A stretch of DNA of 64,000 nt from an uncultured virus (IMG/VR IMGVR_UViG_3300033146_000958) (Duplodnaviria > Heunggongvirae > Uroviricota > Caudoviricetes), in IMG/VR virus record IMGVR_UViG_3300033146_000958. The stretch is one strand, 5' to 3'. Of this stretch, positions 39,469 to 50,021 are shown piece after piece (the stretch's first letter is position 1; each line of letters opens with the position of its first letter). A model generated the notes under the pieces. The model searched no databases, had not been told where the DNA came from, and worked only from the letters and a program-made list of their open reading frames with translations. Both the position numbers and the translations under genes were made by a program.

Positions 39469-40098
39469 TTACCCATTTACTACACCAGGATAATTATTTT
39501 TAGACCATTGTTCTCTTAATTGATCTGAATGAACAGTCATTAATGTTCCAATTACATTCATATCTTCTTCATCAATTTTATAATTATTTAATATATATTT
39601 AAAATCACCATGCACAAAATCAATCGGAATTGAAAGAAATCCACTATGATATTTTTCATGTAATGTTGTAACTAATGGAATATAACCAACCCTATTTTGA
39701 AAATGTAAATCAATTACATCTTGTGATATATCGAATGTGCAAAATTCTTTTTCTTTATTTATATATGATAATAAAACTATTTTTACAATTGTAAATAAAT
39801 TAAATGGATGGTGATGAATTTGTATTGATACTTCAGTAGATTTTTCATCAGTTAATGCACATGATGTATATCCTAATACATCAGTTATATATTTAACCCA
39901 TTCTTTATATTCAGTTGATGTTCTTATTAATCGTTCTATATTTTTAATATATTTAATAAAATCATTTTCATCTTCAAATCCACCTCTCCTTAATGGGAGT
40001 GTGAAGTTTCCATCAGATGATAATTCTAAATTTTCTACATTACTACTAATTTCTTTTGGAGATTCATTTGCAATTTCATTTAAATTAATGTCATCCAT
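39469..40098 (-). CDS. hypothetical protein with HNH-like His motif
   Basis: CALT...IQIHHHPF...IPLVTTLHEKYH. Confidence 0.55.
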   Translation of the reverse strand: MDDINLNEIANESPKEISSNVENLELSSDGNFTLPLRRGGFEDENDFIKYIKNIERLIRTSTEYKEWVKYITDVLGYTSCALTDEKSTEVSIQIHHHPFNLFTIVKIVLLSYINKEKEFCTFDISQDVIDLHFQNRVGYIPLVTTLHEKYHSGFLSIPIDFVHGDFKYILNNYKIDEEDMNVIGTLMTVHSDQLREQWSKNNYPGVVNG

Positions 40099-40112
40099 GA
40101 TTCTCTCCTATT

Positions 40113-41408
40113 CTATGTTTTAAAATGTTTTGTTTTTACTACATCAACATCTTTATATATTTGACTTAATCGTTTTAATCGATTTCTTCTAAATGGTCCA
40201 CCAACTGCTTTTTCTAAAGCCTGGATGTTTTCATATACTTTATCAGATTTTAATGAACTGAATATATATGAATAAGGAAGTATTGAACATAATCCTCTAT
40301 CTAAATGTGAACAAAAAATCATTCTTTTATTTCTATTGTCTAATATTACAAAAGATTTCCATCCGAGTTTAAATAATCTTTCAATTCGTTGTGGTTCACG
40401 TTCATCAAATAATGATTCTTCTTCATCCTTTTCTAATATTACAGTTCCTCCCGCAAATCTAGAAACACGTGCAGAACCAGATTTTCTAGAAAATGAACTC
40501 ATATCCATAAATGCTTTTTTAGATAATAATATATTACCATACCATCCTAAATCTGCCCATTTTGATGGTAATAATCTTCTTAACTTTGATATAAAATTTG
40601 TATTAAATATTGCCCTTAATATCCATCTCGTTGTTGTTTTATATGCAGATACGATTGAATTAGAATAATAATCTTTTCTTAATACATCATATAAATTATC
40701 AAAATGTGTAACCATCATAGGAGTAACTTTGACTCCCATTAACATAGTTTTTCTCTCATAAACATTTCTATCATCTGGTTTTTTATTTCGGTCTTTTTCA
40801 AAATCATAATCAGGACCTCTCTCATGAGGGGCAGCAAATGGCCTAACAGTTTCACTTTTACGTGGAGGTCTTTCAACTTCTACATCTATCGCAACCATAG
40901 TGGGAAGAATTCCTATATGTTCAAATGTCTCAATTTTAGGATTTGATTTATCTATTCCTGGAGATGTAGATGGATTTCGAGATGGTGCATCTCCTGTACG
41001 AGATTGTGATCCCCACTGATTGGGATTAGTAGTGGGTTTAGAAGTGGAAGTGGGTTTTTGTTCTGGACTAAAAGTTGGAGTATATACTGGATCTGATTTT
41101 ATTGCTGGAGATTGTGGTTTTCTTTGTCCAGTAGTTCCTGTATATGGAACAATATGTGCATCTGGGGAAGGTGGTGGAATAGATTGTTCAATCAAATATT
41201 TTAAATCTGTTGGAATATTACAACCATCTTCTACAATAACTTCTTTTTGACGTCCATTTTTATCCACTTCAATTCTAATTCTTATATATCCTGAACTAAG
41301 GGCTGTAACTAAATGTATCAGATAATATTGTTCTAATGTCTTTAATACTGCAGGCAATATATTTTTATCAGTATTTGAAGAAATTATTGCAGGAAAAGTA
41401 AAAATCAT
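40113..41408 (-). CDS. hypothetical (putative virion) protein with Pro/Ser/Thr-rich insertion
   Basis: 431-aa ORF, AAGGAG RBS. Confidence 0.65.
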   Translation of the reverse strand: MIFTFPAIISSNTDKNILPAVLKTLEQYYLIHLVTALSSGYIRIRIEVDKNGRQKEVIVEDGCNIPTDLKYLIEQSIPPPSPDAHIVPYTGTTGQRKPQSPAIKSDPVYTPTFSPEQKPTSTSKPTTNPNQWGSQSRTGDAPSRNPSTSPGIDKSNPKIETFEHIGILPTMVAIDVEVERPPRKSETVRPFAAPHERGPDYDFEKDRNKKPDDRNVYERKTMLMGVKVTPMMVTHFDNLYDVLRKDYYSNSIVSAYKTTTRWILRAIFNTNFISKLRRLLPSKWADLGWYGNILLSKKAFMDMSSFSRKSGSARVSRFAGGTVILEKDEEESLFDEREPQRIERLFKLGWKSFVILDNRNKRMIFCSHLDRGLCSILPYSYIFSSLKSDKVYENIQALEKAVGGPFRRNRLKRLSQIYKDVDVVKTKHFKT

Positions 41409-41425
41409 TTATACACTCCTTAATT

Positions 41426-41692
41426 TTATAACCAAGTTACACCGTCTTGAAAATCAACAATTTTAGTTGGAAGATTAGTTTGTCCGGATTTTATTATAGG
41501 AATTTTAGACTTAGATTTCTTTTTAGATACAACATCATCATTTATAGATTTTTGTATAAATTGAATCGGTTTCTTAATTTTTGATGGTTGTTGTAAAGAA
41601 ACAGCCGCTTGAATAACTTTAGTAATATCAAGCGGCTGTTTCTTAAATTGTCTAGATTCTAATGCTAATCTTTTAATGATATTTTCGTACAT
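41426..41692 (-). CDS. hypothetical protein
   Basis: 88-aa ORF. Confidence 0.5.
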   Translation of the reverse strand: MYENIIKRLALESRQFKKQPLDITKVIQAAVSLQQPSKIKKPIQFIQKSINDDVVSKKKSKSKIPIIKSGQTNLPTKIVDFQDGVTWL

Positions 41693-42219
41693 GACTGAGA
41701 TAATTCTATAAGATTATTTCTTAACATCTTATATGCATCTTCCATAACCTGCCCCTTGATATCATTACAACATTCTTTACACACACATTCCAATATAGGA
41801 ACACCAATCAAAACATTATCAATTGATATCTGTGTAAATTTTTCTCTAACTACAACAGAAGAATATCCATCAACATCCTTAATATTATTTTCTTTCGCTT
41901 CCCTTAAAATTTTCTTACTAAGGGCAGATCTAACGCTTTCTTTATTAAGAATATTACTTGCCAATTTCTTTCCATAAATAGCTGATTTTCTAGCATTCTC
42001 AATCAATACTTTCTCACTACCGGTAGATTCTATAATTGGATTATACTTAATATGTTGATAGTATTCATATAAACTACTTAAAGTTGCTTGTTTAAGAGTA
42101 ATATATTCTCTAAACTTACTTCCTTCTTTAATAACATATTTCGCATGATCATTAAATAGAAGACTATCTATAGCGTACCAATGCTCAAGAATTTTAGTCA
42201 TCAATTTTCGATTTTTCAT
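41665..42219 (-). CDS. hypothetical protein
   Basis: 184-aa ORF, GGAGG RBS, directly downstream of a GAACAAA motif. Confidence 0.7.
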   Translation of the reverse strand: MKNRKLMTKILEHWYAIDSLLFNDHAKYVIKEGSKFREYITLKQATLSSLYEYYQHIKYNPIIESTGSEKVLIENARKSAIYGKKLASNILNKESVRSALSKKILREAKENNIKDVDGYSSVVVREKFTQISIDNVLIGVPILECVCKECCNDIKGQVMEDAYKMLRNNLIELSQSCTKISLKD

Positions 42220-42261
42220 TCTATTAATCCTCCAAATTTAAATAGTAATTAACTATCTCTA

Positions 42262-42276
42262 TTTTATTATTTGTTC
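42262..42276 (-). promoter_or_regulatory. putative late-class promoter variant GAACAAATAATAAAA
   Basis: Intergenic, 43 bp upstream of the structural operon. Confidence 0.55.
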
Positions 42277-42284
42277 GGAAGTAT

Positions 42285-43382
42285 TTAAGTTAATATTTTT
42301 CTTTTCTCTATAATACTATCTATTAACTCCACATAAGAGTTTTGAAAACTTAAAATTCCTTCACTTAAAAGTTTATTAAATATACTTTCAGTATTAACAC
42401 TAAAACAACGTATTTTATTTAAAGATTCTAATGAAGAAATTGGTGATAAATCATCGACTTGTTTCACTTCTCCAAATATATTAAAAAACTCTAACGTTTT
42501 TGGTGGTATAGTATTAATTGTATCAGATATCATTAATGATTCAATATATTTTACATCACTATATCTTGGATTTTTAGTACCTGTACTTGCCCATAATAAT
42601 CTTTGTATATTCGCTCCATATTTAACTAACATTTTAAATTTAGTACTCGAAAACATACTTTTATGAATGTTAAATATAACCTTTGCTATATCAATAGCCA
42701 TTCTTCCTTTTAATTCACTAGCCAATGGATCATCAATCTTATCTATAATACTATCCATTTCGGTATCTATTCGACTAACAAAAAAACTAGTAACAGAATA
42801 AATATTTGAAATATCTTTATTCTCTTTTCGTCTTTTATCCAATCCATCAATATACGCAGCTGCTGCATGTTGATAATAATCAGGAGAAAATAAAAGAGTT
42901 ACATTTACATTAATACCCTTTGATATTAATTCCCGAGTAATAGAAATTCCTTCTGCGGTAGCGGGAACTTTAATCATTACATTAGGCATATTTAATGAAT
43001 TAAATATTTCTTCTCCTTCCTCAATACTATTTTGAATATCTGAACTATAAAAAGGATTTAATTCAATAGAAACAAATCCATCACGACCATTAGTACTATT
43101 AAATACAGGTAAAAATAATTCAGCAGCCTTTTTAATATCATCTAATGATAATCTTCTATATATAAATTCAGGAGACTCATTCTTCAATTCTTTAATTTGT
43201 TTATCATAATCATTACTTTTTGAAATGGAATTATTAAATATTGTAGGATTAGATGTAATACCACTAATCCCATCAATATCTATATATTTCTGAATAGTTC
43301 CATCTTCCAATTCTTTACGTTGAATATTATCCAACCAAATACTTTGATTAGTTGTTTTGATTTTACATATATTACTAATCAT
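42285..43382 (-). CDS. tal: transaldolase (long form)
   Basis: SIWLDNI, GITSNPTIF, VMIKVPAT (Schiff-base Lys), NVTLLFS, SFFVSRID, QRLLWASTGTKNP. Confidence 0.95.
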   Translation of the reverse strand: MISNICKIKTTNQSIWLDNIQRKELEDGTIQKYIDIDGISGITSNPTIFNNSISKSNDYDKQIKELKNESPEFIYRRLSLDDIKKAAELFLPVFNSTNGRDGFVSIELNPFYSSDIQNSIEEGEEIFNSLNMPNVMIKVPATAEGISITRELISKGINVNVTLLFSPDYYQHAAAAYIDGLDKRRKENKDISNIYSVTSFFVSRIDTEMDSIIDKIDDPLASELKGRMAIDIAKVIFNIHKSMFSSTKFKMLVKYGANIQRLLWASTGTKNPRYSDVKYIESLMISDTINTIPPKTLEFFNIFGEVKQVDDLSPISSLESLNKIRCFSVNTESIFNKLLSEGILSFQNSYVELIDSIIEKRKILT

Positions 43383-43680
43383 TTTTAACTAATCCAAGAA
43401 CTTCTTCTTCTTTTAACATTTTATATTCTCCATCTGGACCAGATTCTATAACAAGACCTGAATTCATTAAAAATGTAACAACATCATCTTTCTTAATTTT
43501 CAATGGAATCGTTTCACCATCTGGTGTCATATATCCAGGTCCACATGCGAGAACTACACCTTCTGATAATGGGCTCAGAGGATGTGCCATTTCTGGTATA
43601 AGTATTCCTGATTGTGTTTTTGTTTCTTTTGGTGTGATTTTAACAATCATATAATTTCTTGTTGGTTGAATGTTTTTCAT
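43375..43680 (-). CDS. groES: co-chaperonin GroES (internal start within the 383-aa ORF)
   Basis: MKNIQPTRNYMIVK...KTQSGILIP...GVVLACGPG...MLKEEEVLG; AAAGGAG 5 nt before ATG 43680. Confidence 0.9.
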   Translation of the reverse strand: MKNIQPTRNYMIVKITPKETKTQSGILIPEMAHPLSPLSEGVVLACGPGYMTPDGETIPLKIKKDDVVTFLMNSGLVIESGPDGEYKMLKEEEVLGLVKND

Positions 43681-44526
43681 GTGATCTCCTTTTGATATAT
43701 TATTGATTTTCTTTTGAATTCTAAAACCTTTATAATGTTTTCGTTTACCATTCATTACTTCATATAATCTAGATGGATTTAAATTCAACGAATTTTCTCT
43801 GCAAAATTTCGATAAATTTTTTATTGTAATTTTATAACCATTCGGATATGTAATTATATAATAATCACCTTTTGAATCACTCATTTTTTGTTTAGTAATA
43901 TTTGACATTTTTTGCAATCCGATCTTTCCTTTATTCCAAGGAACATATCCTTTCTTTTTTTCAGACATTTTTTTTCTAGTTTCAGTTGATGGATGAACTC
44001 CATATAATGGATTTTTCTCGCCTCTTCTAGATAAAGACATTTTCTTTTTAGTTTCAGATGAATGATGTTTTCCCCACATATGAGATCGTTCACCTTTTTG
44101 TGATTCAGATAATTTCTTTCTCGTTTCTATAGATTTAATATATCCACTACATCCTTCCCCACCAGATGTTAAATTTGATAATGGACCAGTTTTTAAATCA
44201 TTTCTTCCAATAGCCCATATCAACCATATTTCTAAATCAAATGATTGTTGTTCGGAAAGATTTTCTTCAACTTTTAAGATTATTGGTTCTAACCCAGAAT
44301 TGATGATCTTTCTTATTTTAAAAATTTTATAAGAATTTGAACATTTTTTCTGAACATCAATGGTAGATTTTTTTAAAAAATTCTTCGCTTCATTTAGATG
44401 AGTTAGATGTTGTTCATATTTCCCTTTACCAATATAAAATGGTTCAAACTCAAATATATAATCCCCATATATATATTTACCTGGATTTCTAGGATCCAAG
44501 TAAATATATGTATAAAAATTTTTCAT
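43375..44526 (-). CDS. GIY-YIG-like/NUMOD3 homing endonuclease, in frame with GroES
   Basis: YTYIYLDPR...FYIGKGK, GPLSNLTSGGEG, repeats HSSETKKKMS; no stop before GroES. Confidence 0.85.
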   Translation of the reverse strand: MKNFYTYIYLDPRNPGKYIYGDYIFEFEPFYIGKGKYEQHLTHLNEAKNFLKKSTIDVQKKCSNSYKIFKIRKIINSGLEPIILKVEENLSEQQSFDLEIWLIWAIGRNDLKTGPLSNLTSGGEGCSGYIKSIETRKKLSESQKGERSHMWGKHHSSETKKKMSLSRRGEKNPLYGVHPSTETRKKMSEKKKGYVPWNKGKIGLQKMSNITKQKMSDSKGDYYIITYPNGYKITIKNLSKFCRENSLNLNPSRLYEVMNGKRKHYKGFRIQKKINNISKGDHMKNIQPTRNYMIVKITPKETKTQSGILIPEMAHPLSPLSEGVVLACGPGYMTPDGETIPLKIKKDDVVTFLMNSGLVIESGPDGEYKMLKEEEVLGLVKND

Positions 44527-45842
44527 TCTTTTGGTCTATGTGGATCTATATAATTAGTATTAATACAATCAGTAACTTGTTGATCCCACATCTTTTTAAA
44601 TTCTTCATTTTCATTATATTTATTTAATGCATCACTAGTTCTAAATTTAATTTCAGGCATCGCTTCTAATTTTCTCCAACTAGTTCCTGTAAGTCTATTA
44701 TTTTTTACTAACATATGAAAATTTGTCCAGAAATTACTAACACCCGTACTAAAATCAACAATTAATTCAACTGGAATATTTGGTTGAAATAATTTATTTT
44801 TTGCGAATTTAGCCTCTAACATGACTCCTCTAAATCCCCACTGTTCTTGTTTTAAATCAGTCTTGATTTTTAAGAATAATAAATGAAATGCATTATATTT
44901 TAATGCCTGTCCGCCCGGCATAGTTTTATCTCCTAACCACCTCAAATCATTCGCAGTAGGAAAAAATCCCATATCAATTTTTTCTCTTAACTGATTAACT
45001 ACTAAAAAACCTATATTATATTCTCGTAATTTAGTTATATACTTTGGAAGTAATTGAGATATTATTCTTGCCTTTAATCCAATATATTTAGAAGGATCCA
45101 TTTCAGATGCCGCTTTTTCCTTATCTGTTATAGTGTTTGCGATACTGTCCCAGCACAGAATACTAGGGGTATCAACCTTATCATGTTTATCTTTAAACAT
45201 CGCTAACGCTTCAATTGCCTTAAATACTGACTCAACTGTTACAGAAGGAATTGGGGGCAGATGTCCTTGTACTCCAAGATCTTTTAATCTTTGTGATGTC
45301 ATCGCCTCTTCTGAATCTAAATATATATTCTGTGTAGCACCCCTATATTTCTTCTGATTAGTCGCTATTGTCTGGGCGATTAATGCAGATTTAAATGTTC
45401 CGGGATTTCCTGCGATTAATGTAAGAGCACCTGCTGCGAATCCACCACCCGCGACAGCATCAAGTAAATCAATTCCAGTAGGTAATAAAAATTTAGTTCC
45501 AGTTCCTGGAGATAATCCTGCCTTATCTGTGATGAATTCTGCGAGTTCATCATTTAAATCTTGACTAAATTTTAACTCATCTTCATTTAAATCATCTCTT
45601 TGATAATTCAACTCATCTTCGACAGTTTTAATTTCTTCTATAAGAACAGTAGGTGATTTAGATTTTCTCTTTTCTTTATTTTCTTCTATCTTGATTTTTT
45701 CATCTTCTGATAATTTTTCTTTAATCCCATCTATACCTTTAGTTGTATTTTTAATAGTTTCTATAAATTCTCCTTGGGACATTTTAGTATCAGTTTCTGG
45801 TTTAATATTATCATCACTTAAAAATAATCCTTCATCACTCAT
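44523..45842 (-). CDS. recA: RecA/UvsX-like recombinase
   Basis: TGIDLLD..AGGG, GNPGTFKS Walker A, YLDSE, WDSIA, VNQLR, PGGQALKY, KNK. Confidence 0.9.
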   Translation of the reverse strand: MSDEGLFLSDDNIKPETDTKMSQGEFIETIKNTTKGIDGIKEKLSEDEKIKIEENKEKRKSKSPTVLIEEIKTVEDELNYQRDDLNEDELKFSQDLNDELAEFITDKAGLSPGTGTKFLLPTGIDLLDAVAGGGFAAGALTLIAGNPGTFKSALIAQTIATNQKKYRGATQNIYLDSEEAMTSQRLKDLGVQGHLPPIPSVTVESVFKAIEALAMFKDKHDKVDTPSILCWDSIANTITDKEKAASEMDPSKYIGLKARIISQLLPKYITKLREYNIGFLVVNQLREKIDMGFFPTANDLRWLGDKTMPGGQALKYNAFHLLFLKIKTDLKQEQWGFRGVMLEAKFAKNKLFQPNIPVELIVDFSTGVSNFWTNFHMLVKNNRLTGTSWRKLEAMPEIKFRTSDALNKYNENEEFKKMWDQQVTDCINTNYIDPHRPKE

Positions 45843-45889
45843 AATATATAGACTCCTTAAAAAATTAATATTTCCTTAAAACTTGTTTT

Positions 45890-45905
45890 CTTTTAATTTT
45901 GTTCT
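45890..45905 (-). promoter_or_regulatory. putative late-class phage promoter AGAACAAAATTAAAAG
   Basis: Identical to the 27521 and 32101 copies; 48 bp upstream of recA. Confidence 0.7.
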
Positions 45906-45926
45906 AAATCCCAATTTTAGATATCA

Positions 45927-46268
45927 TTATTTCTTAGTAATTTTAAAACCTGCTTTCTCCATCTCTTCAACTAATGCGCGAATATCAACTTCATTTCCAT
46001 TTTGATTCTTATCATTGTCATTTTTTCTTCTTATTTCAATTTCCTTCTCTATAGTTCTATGAAATTCTTGTTTCATTCTAAGTAATACATTTAAAAATTC
46101 AGTAGATGATTTAATTTTTTGTTCGAATGCCCATCTATTACGATTTTCAATTTTATCAGGAAATAATTTATTTATTTTACTTTTCATTTCCTCTATTTCT
46201 TTTATATACTCTTCTATACTAGTTCTCGAATTAGAATATTTTTTAATTAAATCATCAGTTATACTCAT
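45927..46268 (-). CDS. hypothetical coiled-coil protein (start revised to MSITDDL)
   Basis: TAATG coupling with the upstream gene at 46268. Confidence 0.6.
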   Translation of the reverse strand: MSITDDLIKKYSNSRTSIEEYIKEIEEMKSKINKLFPDKIENRNRWAFEQKIKSSTEFLNVLLRMKQEFHRTIEKEIEIRRKNDNDKNQNGNEVDIRALVEEMEKAGFKITKK

Positions 46269-47062
46269 TATACATTTTCCTTTAATATAGGCATAAACAT
46301 AATAATAATCATAGTTATTAACGTAGATGATATTAATACAGTCCATGCTACAATAGGATTAGATACTGTAAATCCAATCAAAGAAACTACTGCTATGACT
46401 CTAAGTAATATAATTAATACAACATAATAATTTTTAATTTCTTTTAATGGATGGGTTGATAATGCTATAACTTTTCGTTCAACATCATAAATCCAATCTC
46501 GTATTTTATTCCATATACTTATATAAGATAAAACACCACCTCTAGATGTTTCCTGAACAAGATGTGAATATACTAATGTCCATGATATTGGAGTTAACAC
46601 ATGTTTTAATTCTTTTTTAAATATACTAAATTGTGTTGATAATAAATTTTGAGTTGTTGATACTAATTTAGTAACATCCGATTCTTTAAGTTCTGTTCGT
46701 GTGGTAGTAAATTCAATTATTTTATTTTGAAGTGATCTGTTTAAATTAGAAACTTTTTTAGTTAATGGTTCTAATGGTTTTAATATTCTTTTAATATCAG
46801 GAGATCTTTTAATTAATTCATTTAATGATATACCATCATACTTAATTAGTTTATCAGCAATATTTTTAATTAAATTTTGATTGAATGATTCAGTAATATA
46901 ATATTGGTCCATCATATCTGAAATTTGATTATATGATTCTTCCACAGATTCATTTGATATTCCGAATAATGATCTTTGTACTCTTCTAATATTTACTGAA
47001 ATATCTTGATCATATGTGATGGATTTTAATAAATTTATTGGTGATCCCATTTTATTTGTCAT
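46268..47062 (-). CDS. membrane protein
   Basis: C-terminal hydrophobic helices; GAGG RBS. Confidence 0.65.
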   Translation of the reverse strand: MTNKMGSPINLLKSITYDQDISVNIRRVQRSLFGISNESVEESYNQISDMMDQYYITESFNQNLIKNIADKLIKYDGISLNELIKRSPDIKRILKPLEPLTKKVSNLNRSLQNKIIEFTTTRTELKESDVTKLVSTTQNLLSTQFSIFKKELKHVLTPISWTLVYSHLVQETSRGGVLSYISIWNKIRDWIYDVERKVIALSTHPLKEIKNYYVVLIILLRVIAVVSLIGFTVSNPIVAWTVLISSTLITMIIIMFMPILKENV

Positions 47063-47073
47063 ATTAAAATCCT

Positions 47074-47757
47074 CTACTTAATTTTCATAAAAAAAATTTT
47101 TCGGGCACGTTTGAACATACCATTATCAATATAATAAAATTTATTATGATATATAACAGGTGGTATATTTTGATTCGACATATTATAAATTGGCGTGTGT
47201 CCAAAAATAAAATTATAATTATCATACATTTTAGGAATATTTACAGAACTATCTTTTTTTCTTAATTTTCCTAATAAATTATCTATATCATATGCTAACA
47301 CTAAAGAATTTTGTGAAGATGGACTTTTATTAACATCCCATGCAGCATGTGCTATTATCCAATTATCTTCTATATGATACCATTTAAATTTATTTAATAA
47401 TACATCCAAAACTTCATCTAATTTATATCGACCTCTATTTATTAATTCAATTACAATATTTGCAATATTTTTATTTCTATATCCAGTATTAGTTCCAAGC
47501 CATTTTAAATAAAGATTTGTTTCATTAGGTTTAAAATGTCTAATTAATTCATTTGTTAATCTTACTTCACAATTACCTCTTAAATAAATATATTTTGGAT
47601 TATCTTTATTTTTCCACATCCAATCCCATTGTTCTACCTGTTCCATTCCCTTATTAAATTGATCACCCGCAATAATTAATTTTTTAGTATCAGATGGAAT
47701 ATTTCTTACGAATTTTGTAAAGCAACTATGTATGTCACTTATAACATATGTTGACAT
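47074..47757 (-). CDS. PPP-family Ser/Thr protein phosphatase-like metallophosphoesterase
   Basis: SDIH, GDQFNKG, RGNCE, AHA, FGHTP, IDNG. Confidence 0.85.
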   Translation of the reverse strand: MSTYVISDIHSCFTKFVRNIPSDTKKLIIAGDQFNKGMEQVEQWDWMWKNKDNPKYIYLRGNCEVRLTNELIRHFKPNETNLYLKWLGTNTGYRNKNIANIVIELINRGRYKLDEVLDVLLNKFKWYHIEDNWIIAHAAWDVNKSPSSQNSLVLAYDIDNLLGKLRKKDSSVNIPKMYDNYNFIFGHTPIYNMSNQNIPPVIYHNKFYYIDNGMFKRARKIFFMKIK

Positions 47758-47864
47758 TATAATTGTTTCCTTTTTTTAATATACTAAACTGTTTTATTTC
47801 CTTCTGATATATAAATGATGTGTATAGATTATTGAGATCTAAATCTATACACATCATTTCAATG

Positions 47865-49040
47865 TTATGATTTCTGGATATGTGATTGTGCAACCCTATC
47901 ATATTCTCGTTTATCAGAAGAAGTTCTTGCTTTACTGGCGGCATTTCTTGCAGCTACTGCCGCGCTTTTATGAGCAGTTAATTTGGCTCGTTTTAAACAC
48001 GCAATATTCCCATTACAATTTTTAGATTTATTTCCAACAACTTTCTTATATACATACGCGGCTAATGCTGCAGCCGATAATCCTGCTGCAATACCTAATC
48101 CCGCTTTAACGCCAGTGGTTGTATTATTAAATTGATTAGGAAGACTCTTTACAGAATTAGTTGCATTTTGCATAAAACTTTCAGGTTTAGCGGGTATTAT
48201 TTTAGATGATCTTCTATCATAATAGTTTTTAATTAATTGAGATGACCCGCCTTTAATTGTATTAAGATCATTAATTTCAGGATTTTTACTCATATAATGT
48301 AATTGAGCATCTATCATACTTTTCTGTTTTATTGTCCCATTTTTATATGCATCAATTGCCTTTTCTTTATTTATTCCATTAAGTTTAGCCCATTTATTAA
48401 AATTTTTAATTTTTTGTAATGTGTTTAAATTTCTTTCGGAAGAAGATAATGTTGGACCTTCAGGAATATCTTTTAATTTAGAACCAAAATTAGCTATCGG
48501 ACTTTTCAAATATTCTTTTCCAATTTTTCCAACTGATTTTTTAATATTTTTTACAATCGGTTTATCATTATAATATTTTTTCGCAGTTGATAATGGATTA
48601 TCCATCTGAATTTCATAATTTTTATATGTAGACATTATCTCTTTTTTAAAGTCAGGATCAACTTCCATTGCCTGTTTTAATGTATCAACATCAACACCTT
48701 TAGATTTAGCAATTCTATGTAATACTGATGATGAAGGTTGTTCATCCTCATTTAGTATATATGATGTAAAATTCATTTTTTCATTAACTGATGAATATGT
48801 TGATTTTTGTAGATCATTGTTAATCATGTTCATAATATTATGTTCTAATACATCCGCTGAAAGATATTTTGTTTTTCTATTAGGATTAAACGCTAAATTC
48901 AATAATTGTTCATATGTAGCGTTTTTATCAACGAATTTAATAATATTATTTAATGTTTTTTTTCTGATCATTTTATTTTGTCTGCACATTTCAAAAATAA
49001 CACTTTTTGAAACGAATGTTAAATCATTTTTTAAACTCAT
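47865..49040 (-). CDS. TYEQLL-family paralog 2
   Basis: FVDKNATYEQLLNLAFNP; Ala/Gly hydrophobic segment; CNGNIAC. Confidence 0.75.
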   Translation of the reverse strand: MSLKNDLTFVSKSVIFEMCRQNKMIRKKTLNNIIKFVDKNATYEQLLNLAFNPNRKTKYLSADVLEHNIMNMINNDLQKSTYSSVNEKMNFTSYILNEDEQPSSSVLHRIAKSKGVDVDTLKQAMEVDPDFKKEIMSTYKNYEIQMDNPLSTAKKYYNDKPIVKNIKKSVGKIGKEYLKSPIANFGSKLKDIPEGPTLSSSERNLNTLQKIKNFNKWAKLNGINKEKAIDAYKNGTIKQKSMIDAQLHYMSKNPEINDLNTIKGGSSQLIKNYYDRRSSKIIPAKPESFMQNATNSVKSLPNQFNNTTTGVKAGLGIAAGLSAAALAAYVYKKVVGNKSKNCNGNIACLKRAKLTAHKSAAVAARNAASKARTSSDKREYDRVAQSHIQKS

Positions 49041-49060
49041 TATATTATTCCTTTATTCCT

Positions 49061-49975
49061 TTATTTAGTATATCTTTTTAAACGAATTTCATGTTTTTTA
49101 ATTGATGAGATATATTTTTGTCTACATGCTGGAGTATTACATTTACCCATCGCATTACGTGCTGCAGTAATGGCTTTTCGTTCAGAACTTATTTTAGCTT
49201 TTGCAACACATTGTTTAAATTTATCACCAGTTTTATTTTTACATAACTGAGCAGATTGTGAATAATATTTTCTATATACATATAACATCGCAGCACCAAC
49301 CGCTAATCCACCTGCAACCCAAGATGCATTTCGAACAACTTCTGGATGTTTAGTTGCATAATCAGATATAGTATTTTTCATTACGGTGAGTTCTTTTCTT
49401 AAAGTCTCAGGAGTATCTTTTATCATTTGCCAAATTTTTGAGGTTGATGAACCGTGTTTAATAACATTTAAACGTTTAGCTGCAGCATCGGCTTTCTTTT
49501 TTGCAGCTGCGGCAATAGTTTTTTTACTATCTAAATCTGATGTAAATGATTTTTTAATTGTCTTTCCTAATTTTTCACTTCCTGTCATTATTTTTTTTCT
49601 AGTACTTTCTACTTTATCCCCAATCTTCTTCCCTGTTTTATTAAGAGTCTTATTTATATCATCTAATGTCCCCTCTGCTATAATAGAATCTACTAAATTG
49701 ATTTTCTCAAGAACAGTTAAATCTTTGGGCATCATTTGTTTTAATTCATGTAATATCTTAATTCCAACTACACACTCAATTAATTCGGATGGAAGATAAT
49801 TTTTTTCACGTTGTGGATTAAACGCAAGATTTAATAATTGTTCATATGTGGCTTCTTCTTTAACAAATTTAACTATATTCTTTACGGCACCCGATTCCAA
49901 TAATGTTGCACTATTAGAACAATTTTCTAATATCATACTTCGTGCGACAAATGTCAAATCATTTTTTATACTCAT
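49061..49975 (-). CDS. TYEQLL-family paralog 3
   Basis: FVKEEATYEQLLNLAFNP; hydrophobic segment; C...C and CNTPAC. Confidence 0.75.
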   Translation of the reverse strand: MSIKNDLTFVARSMILENCSNSATLLESGAVKNIVKFVKEEATYEQLLNLAFNPQREKNYLPSELIECVVGIKILHELKQMMPKDLTVLEKINLVDSIIAEGTLDDINKTLNKTGKKIGDKVESTRKKIMTGSEKLGKTIKKSFTSDLDSKKTIAAAAKKKADAAAKRLNVIKHGSSTSKIWQMIKDTPETLRKELTVMKNTISDYATKHPEVVRNASWVAGGLAVGAAMLYVYRKYYSQSAQLCKNKTGDKFKQCVAKAKISSERKAITAARNAMGKCNTPACRQKYISSIKKHEIRLKRYTK

Positions 49976-50021
49976 TTTAATATATCCTCCAATTAATATT
50001 TTATAATAGTAGTACTTAAAT

